From Nitrospirota bacterium (GTDB lineage: Bacteria; Nitrospirota; UBA9217): DNA of 64,000 bases. A program made the translations under genes and the position numbers. The number at the start of each line of letters is the position of its first letter. Positions within the stretch are counted from its first letter, which is position 1. Positions 1 through 9,517 of this stretch are shown in pieces. Below the pieces are notes generated by a model that saw only the letters and a program-made list of their open reading frames with translations, was not told the origin of the DNA and searched no databases. The DNA is taken from assembly GCA_963790205.1 (NCBI GenBank), contig CAWBNQ010000011.1, positions 32,001 to 96,000 on the forward strand, given 5' to 3'.

Positions 1-1
1 C

Positions 2-577
2 CGCACTGCGCCGGGGAAGGAGATCTTTTGTCATCCGTTCAAGAGTTTTGGACGGCTCGATACGATCTCAAAGATGACTGCGTATGCGGTGAGCCTGGCG
101 CTTCAGGACGCAGGAGTTGCATATTCCCCTCAGCTGAAGCAGGACATCGGGATCGTCGGCACCAATGCCGAGGGATCGCTCCGGTCCGATATCGAATATT
201 TCAGGGATTATATCGCGGCCGGCCGCACCCTGTCACGGGGGAACCTGTTCATTTATACGCTGCCGTCGAGCCCCCTGGGGGAAGCAGCAATTCATTTTGG
301 TCTCCGGGGGCCCCTCCTGTATGCTGTCGACAGGAGCAACGCTTTGGCCGGCGTGCTCGATATGGCAAGCGAGATGATCCTTGCCAACGGGGCGACACTG
401 ATGCTCGCCGGAAAAGCGGAAGCCGAAGAGGCCGTGTTCTTCGTCCTTGAGCGGAAGCGCGGCATGAACAAACCGGTCCTCTGCGAGCTGGAGGAGGCGC
501 GATCTGCCGTAGAAACAATCCCTGATGTAGCAGGGCTGGTACGCAAATTCTTGCCGTTCGACAAGGGAAAGGGATAA
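2..577 (+). CDS. Beta-ketoacyl synthase-like (chain-length-factor type) protein, 5'-truncated by window edge
   Basis: Frame is open from base 2 (RTAPGKEIFCHPFKSFGRLDTISKMTAY...). FGRLD..SK and LFIYTLPSSPLGEAAIHFGLRGP resemble non-catalytic KS partners of aryl-polyene/flexirubin-type clusters. No catalytic Cys motif seen. Confidence 0.7.
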   Translation, partial: RTAPGKEIFCHPFKSFGRLDTISKMTAYAVSLALQDAGVAYSPQLKQDIGIVGTNAEGSLRSDIEYFRDYIAAGRTLSRGNLFIYTLPSSPLGEAAIHFGLRGPLLYAVDRSNALAGVLDMASEMILANGATLMLAGKAEAEEAVFFVLERKRGMNKPVLCELEEARSAVETIPDVAGLVRKFLPFDKGKG

Positions 578-578
578 G

Positions 579-1847
579 GTGAAGATCAAACTTATTTATC
601 CAAAGTGGCCGAAGCTGGAACGGCAGACCGAGTTCCATCTGCCGCCGCATGGTCCGATCTGTTTCGCCGCCACGGTGCCCGGGGACCATGAACTTGCCTT
701 CATCGATGAGCATGTCGAAGACATCGATTTCGACGAAAATACGGACCTGGTGGCCATTTCCTGCATGCTTACCTGCCAGATCCCGCGGGGGTGGGAGATC
801 GCCGACCAGTTTCGGGCGCGCGGGATCCCCGTCATCTTCGGCGGCATCGGCACGATGCTCCATGCAGAGGAAACCAGGCAGCATGCAGATGCGGTGTTCC
901 TCGGAGAGGCCGAAGGCCGTTTCAGCGCGGTCATCAATGATCTGCGGAACAAGAACCTGAAAAAAGTATACGACTACCAGTGGAACTTTCCCGACATGAG
1001 CGTGGTGGGGCCTGCGCGGCGGAACATACTCAATCGGGAGCGCTACAACTATCGCGGTGTGCAGATGGTGGACCTTATTCACGCGTCGCGCGGCTGCCGG
1101 TTCAATTGTTTCCCCTGCTGTACGCCGTACCTCGGGGGGCGCGAGTTCCGGCCCCGCCCGATAGACGATGTCGTCAAGGAGATCGAGTCCATTGATAATA
1201 ACCGTCTGTTCTTTGTGGACAACTCCATGGCCCAGAACGATCAGTGGGAAAAGGACCTGTTCAAGGCGCTGATCCCGCTCAAGAAAAAATGGGTCTGTCA
1301 TCCCATCAAGGACAATGACGAGATACTGGACCTTGCCGCCGAAGCCGGATGCTGGTACGTGTACCAGGCCATCTTTGACACGTCGGACCATATCCGGAAC
1401 AGGGTGAAGCGCTTGCAGGACCGCGGCATCGGTGTCGAGGGGACGATCATCCTCGGCACGGACGAGCAGAACGAGGATTATATCAAGCGGCTCGTCGATT
1501 TTCTGCTCGAGATCAAACTGGATCTGGCTGAATTCACGATCCTGACGCCATTCCCTCATTCGCCGGTCCGTGATTCGCTCGAAAAAGAGGGCAGGATCCT
1601 GACAAATGACTGGCGCCGGTACACGGGCGGCGATGCAGTGTTTCAACCGGCACAGATGACGGCGGCGAAGCTGCAGGAACTTTATTATTACGCCTGGGAC
1701 ACGTTCTACAACGAAACCAGCCAGAATCTCAGAATGGCCAAGCTTTTCCTGAAGGTCATGGAGAAGGAAAAGACCGATGGAACGTACCGGGGGGCAAATC
1801 TCAGGCGCAGGAAATGGCAGAAAGAAAAGACGGGGATAGAAAAATGA
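579..1847 (+). CDS. B12-binding domain radical SAM protein
   Basis: N-terminal cobalamin-binding Rossmann fold (GIPVIFGG...GEAE) and SRGCRFNCFPC CxxxCxxC motif. GTG start. Confidence 0.9.
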   Translation: MKIKLIYPKWPKLERQTEFHLPPHGPICFAATVPGDHELAFIDEHVEDIDFDENTDLVAISCMLTCQIPRGWEIADQFRARGIPVIFGGIGTMLHAEETRQHADAVFLGEAEGRFSAVINDLRNKNLKKVYDYQWNFPDMSVVGPARRNILNRERYNYRGVQMVDLIHASRGCRFNCFPCCTPYLGGREFRPRPIDDVVKEIESIDNNRLFFVDNSMAQNDQWEKDLFKALIPLKKKWVCHPIKDNDEILDLAAEAGCWYVYQAIFDTSDHIRNRVKRLQDRGIGVEGTIILGTDEQNEDYIKRLVDFLLEIKLDLAEFTILTPFPHSPVRDSLEKEGRILTNDWRRYTGGDAVFQPAQMTAAKLQELYYYAWDTFYNETSQNLRMAKLFLKVMEKEKTDGTYRGANLRRRKWQKEKTGIEK

Positions 1848-3214
1848 AGGTGCTGCTTATCTCAGCCAACGTGACCTTGTCACCGTACCCGCTGTACCCT
1901 CTTGGGGTGAGCATCATCGCTGCCGCGCTCACCAAGGCCGGGCACGAGGTGCGGCAGGCTGACTTCCTGATGCAGAACACCTCGCTTGAAGCAATCGGCC
2001 GGGAGGTCCGGGAGTTCAACCCCCGCCTTGTCGGCATATCGGTGCGCAACATCGATAACGTAAACTTCATGAACGAGCAGTATTACATCCAGAACGTCAA
2101 AAACCTTGTGAGCACGGTCAGGGGCATCACGGACGCTAAAGTCCTTCTCGGCGGTGCGGGTTTTTCCCTGATCCCCGACCTGATCCTGAAGGAGACCGGG
2201 GCTGATTACGGCATCATCGGAGAAGGCGAAGCCCTGGTGGTCGAGTTCGCAAAGAACGCGGAAAAGGGGACCTACCCTGTTGAACGACTCCTTGGATCGA
2301 ACACACGGCTCACCGGCGACCAGATCGGCTCGGCGCTGTATGACGAGCGGCTTCTCGAGTTCTATCTCCACAGCGGCAACATCGCTTCCATTCAGACCAA
2401 GCGGGGGTGCACCTATAAATGCGTGTACTGCACCTATCCCGTGCTCGAAGGGGCCCGGCTCCGCAGGAGAGAGCCGTCTGCGGTCGTCGATGACATCCTG
2501 CTGCTTCGGGACAGGTTCAAGACCAAGTACATCTTCTTCGTTGATTCCGTGTTCAATGACGACGAGGGCGCCTACCTCGAGGTGGTCGATGAAATGCTGC
2601 GCCGCGGCGTCAGCATCCCCTGGACGGGTTTCTTCAAGCCCGGAGGGCTCACTGACGAGACCGTCGAGCGCATGAAAAAGACCGGGTTCGTGGCGGCAGA
2701 GGTCGGCGCCGACGCGGCCTGCGACAGGACGCTCAAAAAGATGGGGAAGAGCTTTACCTTCCGCGATATCGTGGAGTGCAACAACCTCTTCGTAAAACAC
2801 GGCATCGCCACGTCGCATTTCTTCATGTTCGGCGGTCCGGGAGAGACGCCGGACACGGTAGAGGAGGGGATCAGGAACATCCTGGCCCTTCAAAAGTGCG
2901 TCGTATTCATCTTCATGGGGATCCGGATACTGCCGGACACGGCGCTCGCACGGCTGGCGGTCAAGGAGGGCCTGATCTCGGCCGGGGACGGGCTGCTCAA
3001 ACCCGTCTATTACCTCTCTCCGCTGGTTGACAAAAAATGGCTGGAGGACAGGCTGACCGCGGCATTCGCCAATGTGCGGCACTGCGTATTCCCGCCCGAT
3101 GCCATGGACAGCAGCCTCCAGGTCCTGCATAAGCTCGGATACACCGGTCCCATGTGGGACCTGCTCCTGCCGGGTAAAAAAACCAGGGAAAGGGTGCGGC
3201 ATGGCGCCAAGTAG
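1844..3214 (+). CDS. Lipid-biosynthesis B12-binding/radical SAM protein (resembles the TIGR04072 family)
   Basis: MKVLLISANVTLSPYPLYPLG...SVRNIDNVN and KRGCTYKCVYC. ATGA overlap with upstream gene. Family assignment is from recognition, not a search. Confidence 0.85.
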   Translation: MKVLLISANVTLSPYPLYPLGVSIIAAALTKAGHEVRQADFLMQNTSLEAIGREVREFNPRLVGISVRNIDNVNFMNEQYYIQNVKNLVSTVRGITDAKVLLGGAGFSLIPDLILKETGADYGIIGEGEALVVEFAKNAEKGTYPVERLLGSNTRLTGDQIGSALYDERLLEFYLHSGNIASIQTKRGCTYKCVYCTYPVLEGARLRRREPSAVVDDILLLRDRFKTKYIFFVDSVFNDDEGAYLEVVDEMLRRGVSIPWTGFFKPGGLTDETVERMKKTGFVAAEVGADAACDRTLKKMGKSFTFRDIVECNNLFVKHGIATSHFFMFGGPGETPDTVEEGIRNILALQKCVVFIFMGIRILPDTALARLAVKEGLISAGDGLLKPVYYLSPLVDKKWLEDRLTAAFANVRHCVFPPDAMDSSLQVLHKLGYTGPMWDLLLPGKKTRERVRHGAK

Positions 3215-4400
3215 TTTCATACCTCGGGAGCGCATCTGGTGCGTCGTGCCGGTCTATAACAACCGGGACACGGTCCGGGAGGTTGTGGAGGGATGCCGCG
3301 CCGTTCTCCGGAACGTCCTGGTGGTTGATGACGGCAGCACGGACGCCGATGTGGCAGCGATGCTTGCCGGTATGGATGTCGTCGTTTTGAAACATCAGGA
3401 CAACCGGGGCAAGGGCCAGGCGATCCTGTCCGCTTCGCAGTATGTCGAGAAGCGCGGCGGCCTGTACCTGATCACGGTCGATGCCGACGGCCAGCATGTT
3501 CCCGGGGACCTCGAGAAATTCATTCCTCTCCTGCGTGAGGATGAGCCGGCCATCATCATTGGCAGCAGGGACTTCAATACCGAGAACATTCCGTCCTCGA
3601 GCCGCTTCGGGCGTTCCTTTGCCAATTTCTGGCTCAAGGTCGAGACCGGACAAACGATCGATGATTGCCAGAGCGGGTTCCGCGCCTATCCCGTGCACTA
3701 TCTCAACCGGCTGCGTTTCAAGGGTTCGCGGTATGATTTTGAGGCTGAGGTCCTGGCCAAGGCCGCCTGGGCAGGGCTCAGGCTCGGGACGGTCCCGATC
3801 GAGGTCAGGTATCCGAGGCCCGAAGAGCGGATATCGCATTTTAAGCCTGTTCTGGACAATATGCGGCTGGCGCGCATTCATTCCATGCTGGTGGGAAGAC
3901 GACTGCTGCCTCTCCCGCACCGGAAACTGGTGAAGGGTCAGAAGTCCTTCGATCTTTCTCTCCTGCGCCATCCGGGCAAGGTCCTCAAGATGCTGCTGCA
4001 GGAGAATGCCACGCCGCAGGGTCTGGCCCTGTCAGCGGCGATCGGCCTGTTCCTTGCCGTGTTGCCGATCCTGTTCGCGCATTCGCTCGTGATCCTCTAT
4101 GTCTCGCTGCGTCTGAACCTGAACAAGGTCGTGTCGCTCAACGTCCAGCACCTGGCAATGCCGCCGTTCATTCCGGCGCTGTGCATCGAGGTCGGCTACT
4201 ATTTACGACACGGCACGTGGCTGACCGATCTTTCGTTTCAAACGGTATTCGAACAATTTTCGTCGCGGCTCTACGAATGGTTCCTGGGCTCCCTGATCAT
4301 CGCCCCGATCGCCGCCATTCTGATCGGAACGCTCATGTACATTTCCGCGACGGTGATAAAAAAAGTAAGGTATGGCAATGGCATCAAAGAAGGGTGTTGA
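3201..4400 (+). CDS. Glycosyltransferase family 2 fused to DUF2062 membrane domain
   Basis: VVPVYNN, VVDDGSTD, NRGKG, DADGQH, DCQSGFRAY. C-terminal hydrophobic TPQGLALSAAIG... segment. Confidence 0.9.
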   Translation: MAPSSFIPRERIWCVVPVYNNRDTVREVVEGCRAVLRNVLVVDDGSTDADVAAMLAGMDVVVLKHQDNRGKGQAILSASQYVEKRGGLYLITVDADGQHVPGDLEKFIPLLREDEPAIIIGSRDFNTENIPSSSRFGRSFANFWLKVETGQTIDDCQSGFRAYPVHYLNRLRFKGSRYDFEAEVLAKAAWAGLRLGTVPIEVRYPRPEERISHFKPVLDNMRLARIHSMLVGRRLLPLPHRKLVKGQKSFDLSLLRHPGKVLKMLLQENATPQGLALSAAIGLFLAVLPILFAHSLVILYVSLRLNLNKVVSLNVQHLAMPPFIPALCIEVGYYLRHGTWLTDLSFQTVFEQFSSRLYEWFLGSLIIAPIAAILIGTLMYISATVIKKVRYGNGIKEGC

Positions 4401-5280
4401 ACGGAAGCGGGGCAACCGGGCGGGTTTCTGGTTTTTCCGAACGGCGGCGATGGTATTCGGACTGCGGGGCGCCTACGGGCTGCTTTATTTTGTCAGCCTG
4501 TATTATCTCATCTTTGATCATGCCGTGGTTGCTGCGAGCATGGCCTATGTCCGGAGACGATTCCCGGACCACGGGGCTCTCCGGCGGATGATCGATGTGT
4601 ACTTGCTGTTCGTGAACCAGGGGAAAAGCCTCATCGACCGGTACTACGTTGCCGCCGGCGGCAGTGATATCGGCCTTGAGCTCGTCGGCTATGAGAAGAT
4701 CAAGGATCAACTTGCCGACGGGCGAAAAGGGATGATCTTCCTGACCGCTCATGTGGGAAACTGGCAGGTTGCGACAACGGCCCTTAGAAAACTCAACCGT
4801 ACCGTGTACCTCATGATGCGTCCCGAGGACAATGTCGCCGTAAAAGAGACGCTGAACATCGACAGCGAACAGGGGACGATCAGGATCCTGTATACCGATG
4901 GTTCCCTGGGAGGGGTCGTTGAGGCGCTCAAGGCAATCAGCCAGGGGGGCATTGTCTCGATCATGGGAGACCGCACGTACGGGTACGATTCGAAGGAAGC
5001 ATCCCTGCTGGGCGGGGCCGTTCGGTTCCCTTATGGCGCCTTTAGTATCGCGGCCGCGGCGCGGTGTCCCGTTGCCGTGTTGCTGTCAGCCAAGGTGGGC
5101 GTGAAAAAATACGCGACCGATATCTCGCACATGATCGACCCGCCTGTAGGAAAGCGGGGCAGCAAGGAATCGGAGATTCAAGCGTGCGTTCAGGAGTTTG
5201 CCCGCATCCTGGAAGAGTACGCCGGACGATATCCCTACCAATGGTTCGTCTTCCGCGACATGTGGCAGGGAAATACGTGA
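4372..5280 (+). CDS. LpxL/LpxP-family (lipid A lauroyl-type) acyltransferase
   Basis: FLTAHVGNWQ, IMGDR, YPYQWFVF motifs. Confidence 0.85.
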   Translation: MAMASKKGVERKRGNRAGFWFFRTAAMVFGLRGAYGLLYFVSLYYLIFDHAVVAASMAYVRRRFPDHGALRRMIDVYLLFVNQGKSLIDRYYVAAGGSDIGLELVGYEKIKDQLADGRKGMIFLTAHVGNWQVATTALRKLNRTVYLMMRPEDNVAVKETLNIDSEQGTIRILYTDGSLGGVVEALKAISQGGIVSIMGDRTYGYDSKEASLLGGAVRFPYGAFSIAAAARCPVAVLLSAKVGVKKYATDISHMIDPPVGKRGSKESEIQACVQEFARILEEYAGRYPYQWFVFRDMWQGNT

Positions 5281-5314
5281 TACGGTCAATCCCTTTACGG
5301 ACAAGGAGAATACG

Positions 5315-5593
5315 ATGGAGATGAACAGGGAACAGGAACTGGCGCAGATCAGAAAAGAATTGAAAGAAATGATCGTGCGGGAATTATCACTGGAGGATGT
5401 CAGCCCCGCTGATATCAAGGATGGTGAGGTCCTGTTCGGCGAGGGGCTCGGTCTGGATTCTCTCGATGCCGTGGAAATCGTTGTGCTCCTTCAGCGCAAC
5501 TATGGCCTTGAGGTAAAGAACATGGACCAGGGAAAAGAGATATTCCGTTCGGTCGATTCCATCGCCAACTTTGTCTACGATAATAAAAAATAA
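5315..5593 (+). CDS. Acyl carrier protein 1
   Basis: LFGEGLGLDSLDAVEI phosphopantetheine motif; AAGGAG RBS upstream of ATG 5315. Confidence 0.9.
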   Translation: MEMNREQELAQIRKELKEMIVRELSLEDVSPADIKDGEVLFGEGLGLDSLDAVEIVVLLQRNYGLEVKNMDQGKEIFRSVDSIANFVYDNKK

Positions 5594-5748
5594 GGCTTTT
5601 GAACAGGGATCCTGAACCGGATCGCGCGTCAGAACGACCCGGCGGGGGTTTCCGATGTGCGCAGCTGCATGCCGTCGCTGCCGTTTTACAGCGACGATGC
5701 CGGAAGAACGATGAAATGAGCGCCTGCACGGTGGTTTTGTTTGGCGCG

Positions 5749-5764
5749 TGGTACGCTGTGTGCA
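5749..5764 (+). promoter_or_regulatory. Candidate sigma-54 (-24/-12) promoter
   Basis: TGGTACGCTGTGTGCA has the GG-N10-GC spacing. Palindrome CGTCGCTG-N8-CAGCGACG at 5673-5696 upstream. Confidence 0.35.
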
Positions 5765-5834
5765 CGCATCAGGAAGTGCTGAAACGGTTTTCACCGGGCA
5801 CTCTTGACGGGTTGTAGCCGGAGAGAAGGAACGG

Positions 5835-7205
5835 ATGGAATCAAAAGAAGTACTAGCGATCATAAGAAACAAGCTCTTCTACGGTTCGGCAGACTACACA
5901 AAGAACCAGCCGGACCTTTTTATTCCCCACCGGTTTAAGATCCTGGCGCCATCGCAGGTTGGGGGGTTTCTCGAAAAAGTAAAAGAGGGGTTGTCCGCGG
6001 AACAGGAACTCCTGCTGTATGTCCATCTGCCATTTTGTTTTTCCGAATGTCTGTTCTGTAATTCCTTTCCGCACAAGGTCGACCGGGAGACCCAGCGGGA
6101 TTATTTGAACAACCTGCTGAAGGAGATCGAACTACTGTCGCTGCACGGCGTTTTTAAGGGCAAGAAGGCGCGATGCATTTACCTGGGCGGCGGAACTCCC
6201 ACCTCATTTTCCAACGATGACATAAAACGGATCCTGGAGAAGATCGCTTCGTGCATAGAGCTGTCTGATGCCGTTAATATTACTTCTGAAGCCCATCCAT
6301 TCACGTTATCGGACGCCTCGAGAATAGCCGGTTTGCGTGATATGGGAATAAACAGATTAAGCATCGGCTGTCAGACCTTTGATCAAACGATCCTTCGCCT
6401 GTGCAATCGAAGGAACACCGAGGGACAGGTCGCACAAATCGTGCGCGAGGTTCAAGACGCCGGCATGTCCATCAATATCGATATGATGACGGGACTGCCC
6501 GGCCAGACCATGGAAAGCGTACGCACGGACCTCGCGATCCTGGAAGGAATCCGTCCGAATTCGGTTGAGTATATCAGGCATGAAATAGTGAATCCGCTCG
6601 TTGTAAAGCTGTATAATGAGCGCCAGGACCTGGTGGTCAGCAATGACACGTTGTTCGAAATGGTGTGTGTCACTCAGGAATGGATGAGCGCGAACGGGTA
6701 CGAGCAGAACGGTCGGTTCACGGATGATAAACAGTGGGGATACCGCTATCATTGGTTAAAGGAAATGCCTATTATCGCATTCGGTTCCCGGGCGCGATCG
6801 TATACCAAGACCATTTGCTACGACAAGTATGAAGAGCTGGCTGCGTATGCAAGTATCATCAAAAAGGGCGGGCTGCCTATCGGCAGGTTCATCGCTCTTA
6901 CGAAAAGAGAGCAAATGTACCGGTCGCTCCTGCTCAATCTGCAGATCGGGGCCGGTCTCGACATAGCGCTGTTCCAGGGCAGATTCGGGGCGAGCCCCCT
7001 TGAGGTGTTCTCAACGCTCTTTTTAAAGCTCCACGAGTACGGGTGCCTTCAGCAGGATAGAGATGCGGTCCGCTTGTCGAAATATGGCGCTTACTTCGTT
7101 GAGGATGTGTGCGACTATATTATTGATACGGTCTTAAAAGAGGAATCGCAGGACCTGGTAAGAACTCCTCACTCAGAGGGAGGGACCTCTGCACGGCTTC
7201 ATTGA
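5835..7205 (+). CDS. HemN/class C-like radical SAM protein
   Basis: LYVHLPFCFSECLFC, IYLGGGTPT, RLSIGCQTF, DMMTGLPGQT. Confidence 0.85.
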   Translation: MESKEVLAIIRNKLFYGSADYTKNQPDLFIPHRFKILAPSQVGGFLEKVKEGLSAEQELLLYVHLPFCFSECLFCNSFPHKVDRETQRDYLNNLLKEIELLSLHGVFKGKKARCIYLGGGTPTSFSNDDIKRILEKIASCIELSDAVNITSEAHPFTLSDASRIAGLRDMGINRLSIGCQTFDQTILRLCNRRNTEGQVAQIVREVQDAGMSINIDMMTGLPGQTMESVRTDLAILEGIRPNSVEYIRHEIVNPLVVKLYNERQDLVVSNDTLFEMVCVTQEWMSANGYEQNGRFTDDKQWGYRYHWLKEMPIIAFGSRARSYTKTICYDKYEELAAYASIIKKGGLPIGRFIALTKREQMYRSLLLNLQIGAGLDIALFQGRFGASPLEVFSTLFLKLHEYGCLQQDRDAVRLSKYGAYFVEDVCDYIIDTVLKEESQDLVRTPHSEGGTSARLH

Positions 7206-7308
7206 GATGGTCAGGTCATGGGAACACCGCCGGTCTGTCGGCGCAGGCGCCGCGCCGAATGACGGGCATCAGTACGCCCTATCGGAAGCAGCGAAGCTGC
7301 GGAGGGTC

Positions 7309-8253
7309 GTGAGACGCCTGTTCATACTTGCGGCGGCGGTGTTTTCCCTTTCGGCATGCAGCGGATCGCATCCGCGGGCGGGCGTGCCTGTCGGCGCGTC
7401 GGTCCCGCTGGTCACCTTCGTGTTCGACGACGGGAACGATACGGATTACCTGGTGGCCAGGGATATTTTTTCCGATCAGGGCGCGGTTGCCTGCTCGGCG
7501 ATCACCACCGACTGGATCAACAGGCCGGGGTATCTGTCCGCCGACCAGATCATCGGGCTTCGGGATGCGGGCTGGGAGATCATGAGTCATACGGCGACTC
7601 ATCCAAACTTGCGGTCGCTCACTTCCGCGCAAGTCGAGGACGAACTGTCACGGTCAAAGGCGGCGCTTGAAGGACTTGGGTTGACCGTCAAAAACCTGGT
7701 CTATCCCTACAATAAAAGCAATGTGAGCGTGCGGGAGATCGCCAGAAAATACTACCGGTCCGGCAGGGGCGGGAAAAATAAGTTCAACACCGCGGTCATC
7801 GATCCTTACGATCTCCGGTCCTTCTCCGATAAACCGGACCTCGTTGCCATGAAAGGCCACATTGACCGGGCTTATACGGACAAGAGCTGGCTGATCATTT
7901 ACCATCATGAAATCGACGCCAAGGTCACGATGATGCACAAAAAGGGAAGCTTCGTGAGGGGAGAACGGATACTATTCAACCCTTCAGGCGCTCTGGGGAG
8001 GCTCGTTCGAGACAGCTGGTTTTTATCCGCCGGTTCAATGCACTTCACCCCGCTCTCCGGGACGCCGCGGCCCGGTGACAGGATTACCGGACAAAAGAGC
8101 GGTGCGACGGCGCAGCTCAGTCGCGTGGTCTTCAACGAACGCGAAACGCTCGGAGAACTGGTCCGCTATATTCGTACTCAGTATCCGGGCATGAAGATCG
8201 TTACGATCGATCAGGGGCTCGATATCCTTGGGATGCCGTCGTTGAACAGGTGA
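7309..8253 (+). CDS. Polysaccharide deacetylase (NodB/CE4) lipoprotein
   Basis: VTFVFDDG, WEIMSHTATHPNL, LVYPY, IIYHHEI. Lipobox LSAC. GTG 7309 after GGAGG preferred to ATG 7207. Confidence 0.75.
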   Translation: MRRLFILAAAVFSLSACSGSHPRAGVPVGASVPLVTFVFDDGNDTDYLVARDIFSDQGAVACSAITTDWINRPGYLSADQIIGLRDAGWEIMSHTATHPNLRSLTSAQVEDELSRSKAALEGLGLTVKNLVYPYNKSNVSVREIARKYYRSGRGGKNKFNTAVIDPYDLRSFSDKPDLVAMKGHIDRAYTDKSWLIIYHHEIDAKVTMMHKKGSFVRGERILFNPSGALGRLVRDSWFLSAGSMHFTPLSGTPRPGDRITGQKSGATAQLSRVVFNERETLGELVRYIRTQYPGMKIVTIDQGLDILGMPSLNR

Positions 8254-8338
8254 CGGCGTTATTGAGGATTACCCGTCGACGTAAAAAGAAGCAGGGGAAA
8301 AATGCCGTGCCGGGAAAAAACGAAAGCATGTCCGCACC

Positions 8339-9517
8339 ATGAATAATACTTCAATGCTGATAACCGGTTTAGGCGTCATATCCGCCGCAGGCAATGACCT
8401 AGCCGAAACCCTTCAGTCTTTCGAGCAGGGGAGACGGAGCGCGGGGCCGGTGACTCTTTTCTCCACGATCTTGAAAGCGCCTGTTTTTGAAGTGAAGCGC
8501 CCCCCCGTTGAATATTATCGGGAAGGCTGGCGAACCCTGAGCTTTGCCCTTGTTGCCGTTGACCAGGCGCTCAAGGATGCGCGGCTTGCCGATCTGTCGG
8601 GATTCCGGGTAGGGATCTGCATGGGGACGACGGTAGCCAGCCAGCTGAACGATTTGCAGTTCTATAAAACATACCGCGAGAACGGCGCGGCGCCGATGAC
8701 CTCGGTGGACCGCTTCCTGAAGGGCAATCTGGCGGAGCACATTGCGCGCAGGATCAACGCCCGGGGCCCGCAAATGAGCGTGGTGAACGCCTGCTCATCG
8801 GGAACCGATGCAGTGGGAATCGCGTTGTCGTGGCTTAAGAGCGGTCTGTGCGACATCGCCATCGCCGGCGGGTCCGATGAGCTGAATCACGTGCCTTACT
8901 GCGGCTTCAACTCCCTCGGCATCGTCAATCCGGGACTCTGCTCGCCCTTTGACCGGGACCGCAAGGGACTGAACCTCGGTGAAGGCGCCGGCGTGCTGGT
9001 CATCGAGACCCGGGACGCGGCGCGCAAACGGGGAATGTCTTCAGGTATTTTTCTTGCCGGTTATGGCTCTTCCAGTGACGCCTATCATCTGACAGCTCCC
9101 AGTCCCGAAGGGGTGGGGTTACGTGCCGCGTTGCATGCGGCCATGGCGGAGTCGGGCATCGAGCCCGGTTCGATCGGGTTTGTCAATGCCCACGGCACCG
9201 GAACTCATGACAACGACCTGGTGGAAGGCAGGGTCCTGGCGGATATCTTCGGACCTGACCTCGTCATGCTGTCCACCAAGGGGTTCACGGGACATACGCT
9301 GGGCGCTGCCGGCGGCATCGAGGCCGTATTCACGGCAGCGGGCCTCCGCGAAGGATGGATACCGGCCAGCGCGGGCTTCGAGAACAGGGACGAAGCCATC
9401 CCCCTTTCACCGGTGCGGGAAAAGACCGCGATCACGAAAGACTTTGCACTATCCACGTCGCTGGCCTTTGGGGGCACGAATGCCGCCATCGTGATCGGCC
9501 GGGAGGCGGACGCATGA
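8339..9517 (+). CDS. Beta-ketoacyl-ACP synthase (FabF-like KS)
   Basis: Catalytic NACSSG, AHGTGT and GHTLGAAG (Cys-His-His). Confidence 0.92.
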   Translation: MNNTSMLITGLGVISAAGNDLAETLQSFEQGRRSAGPVTLFSTILKAPVFEVKRPPVEYYREGWRTLSFALVAVDQALKDARLADLSGFRVGICMGTTVASQLNDLQFYKTYRENGAAPMTSVDRFLKGNLAEHIARRINARGPQMSVVNACSSGTDAVGIALSWLKSGLCDIAIAGGSDELNHVPYCGFNSLGIVNPGLCSPFDRDRKGLNLGEGAGVLVIETRDAARKRGMSSGIFLAGYGSSSDAYHLTAPSPEGVGLRAALHAAMAESGIEPGSIGFVNAHGTGTHDNDLVEGRVLADIFGPDLVMLSTKGFTGHTLGAAGGIEAVFTAAGLREGWIPASAGFENRDEAIPLSPVREKTAITKDFALSTSLAFGGTNAAIVIGREADA

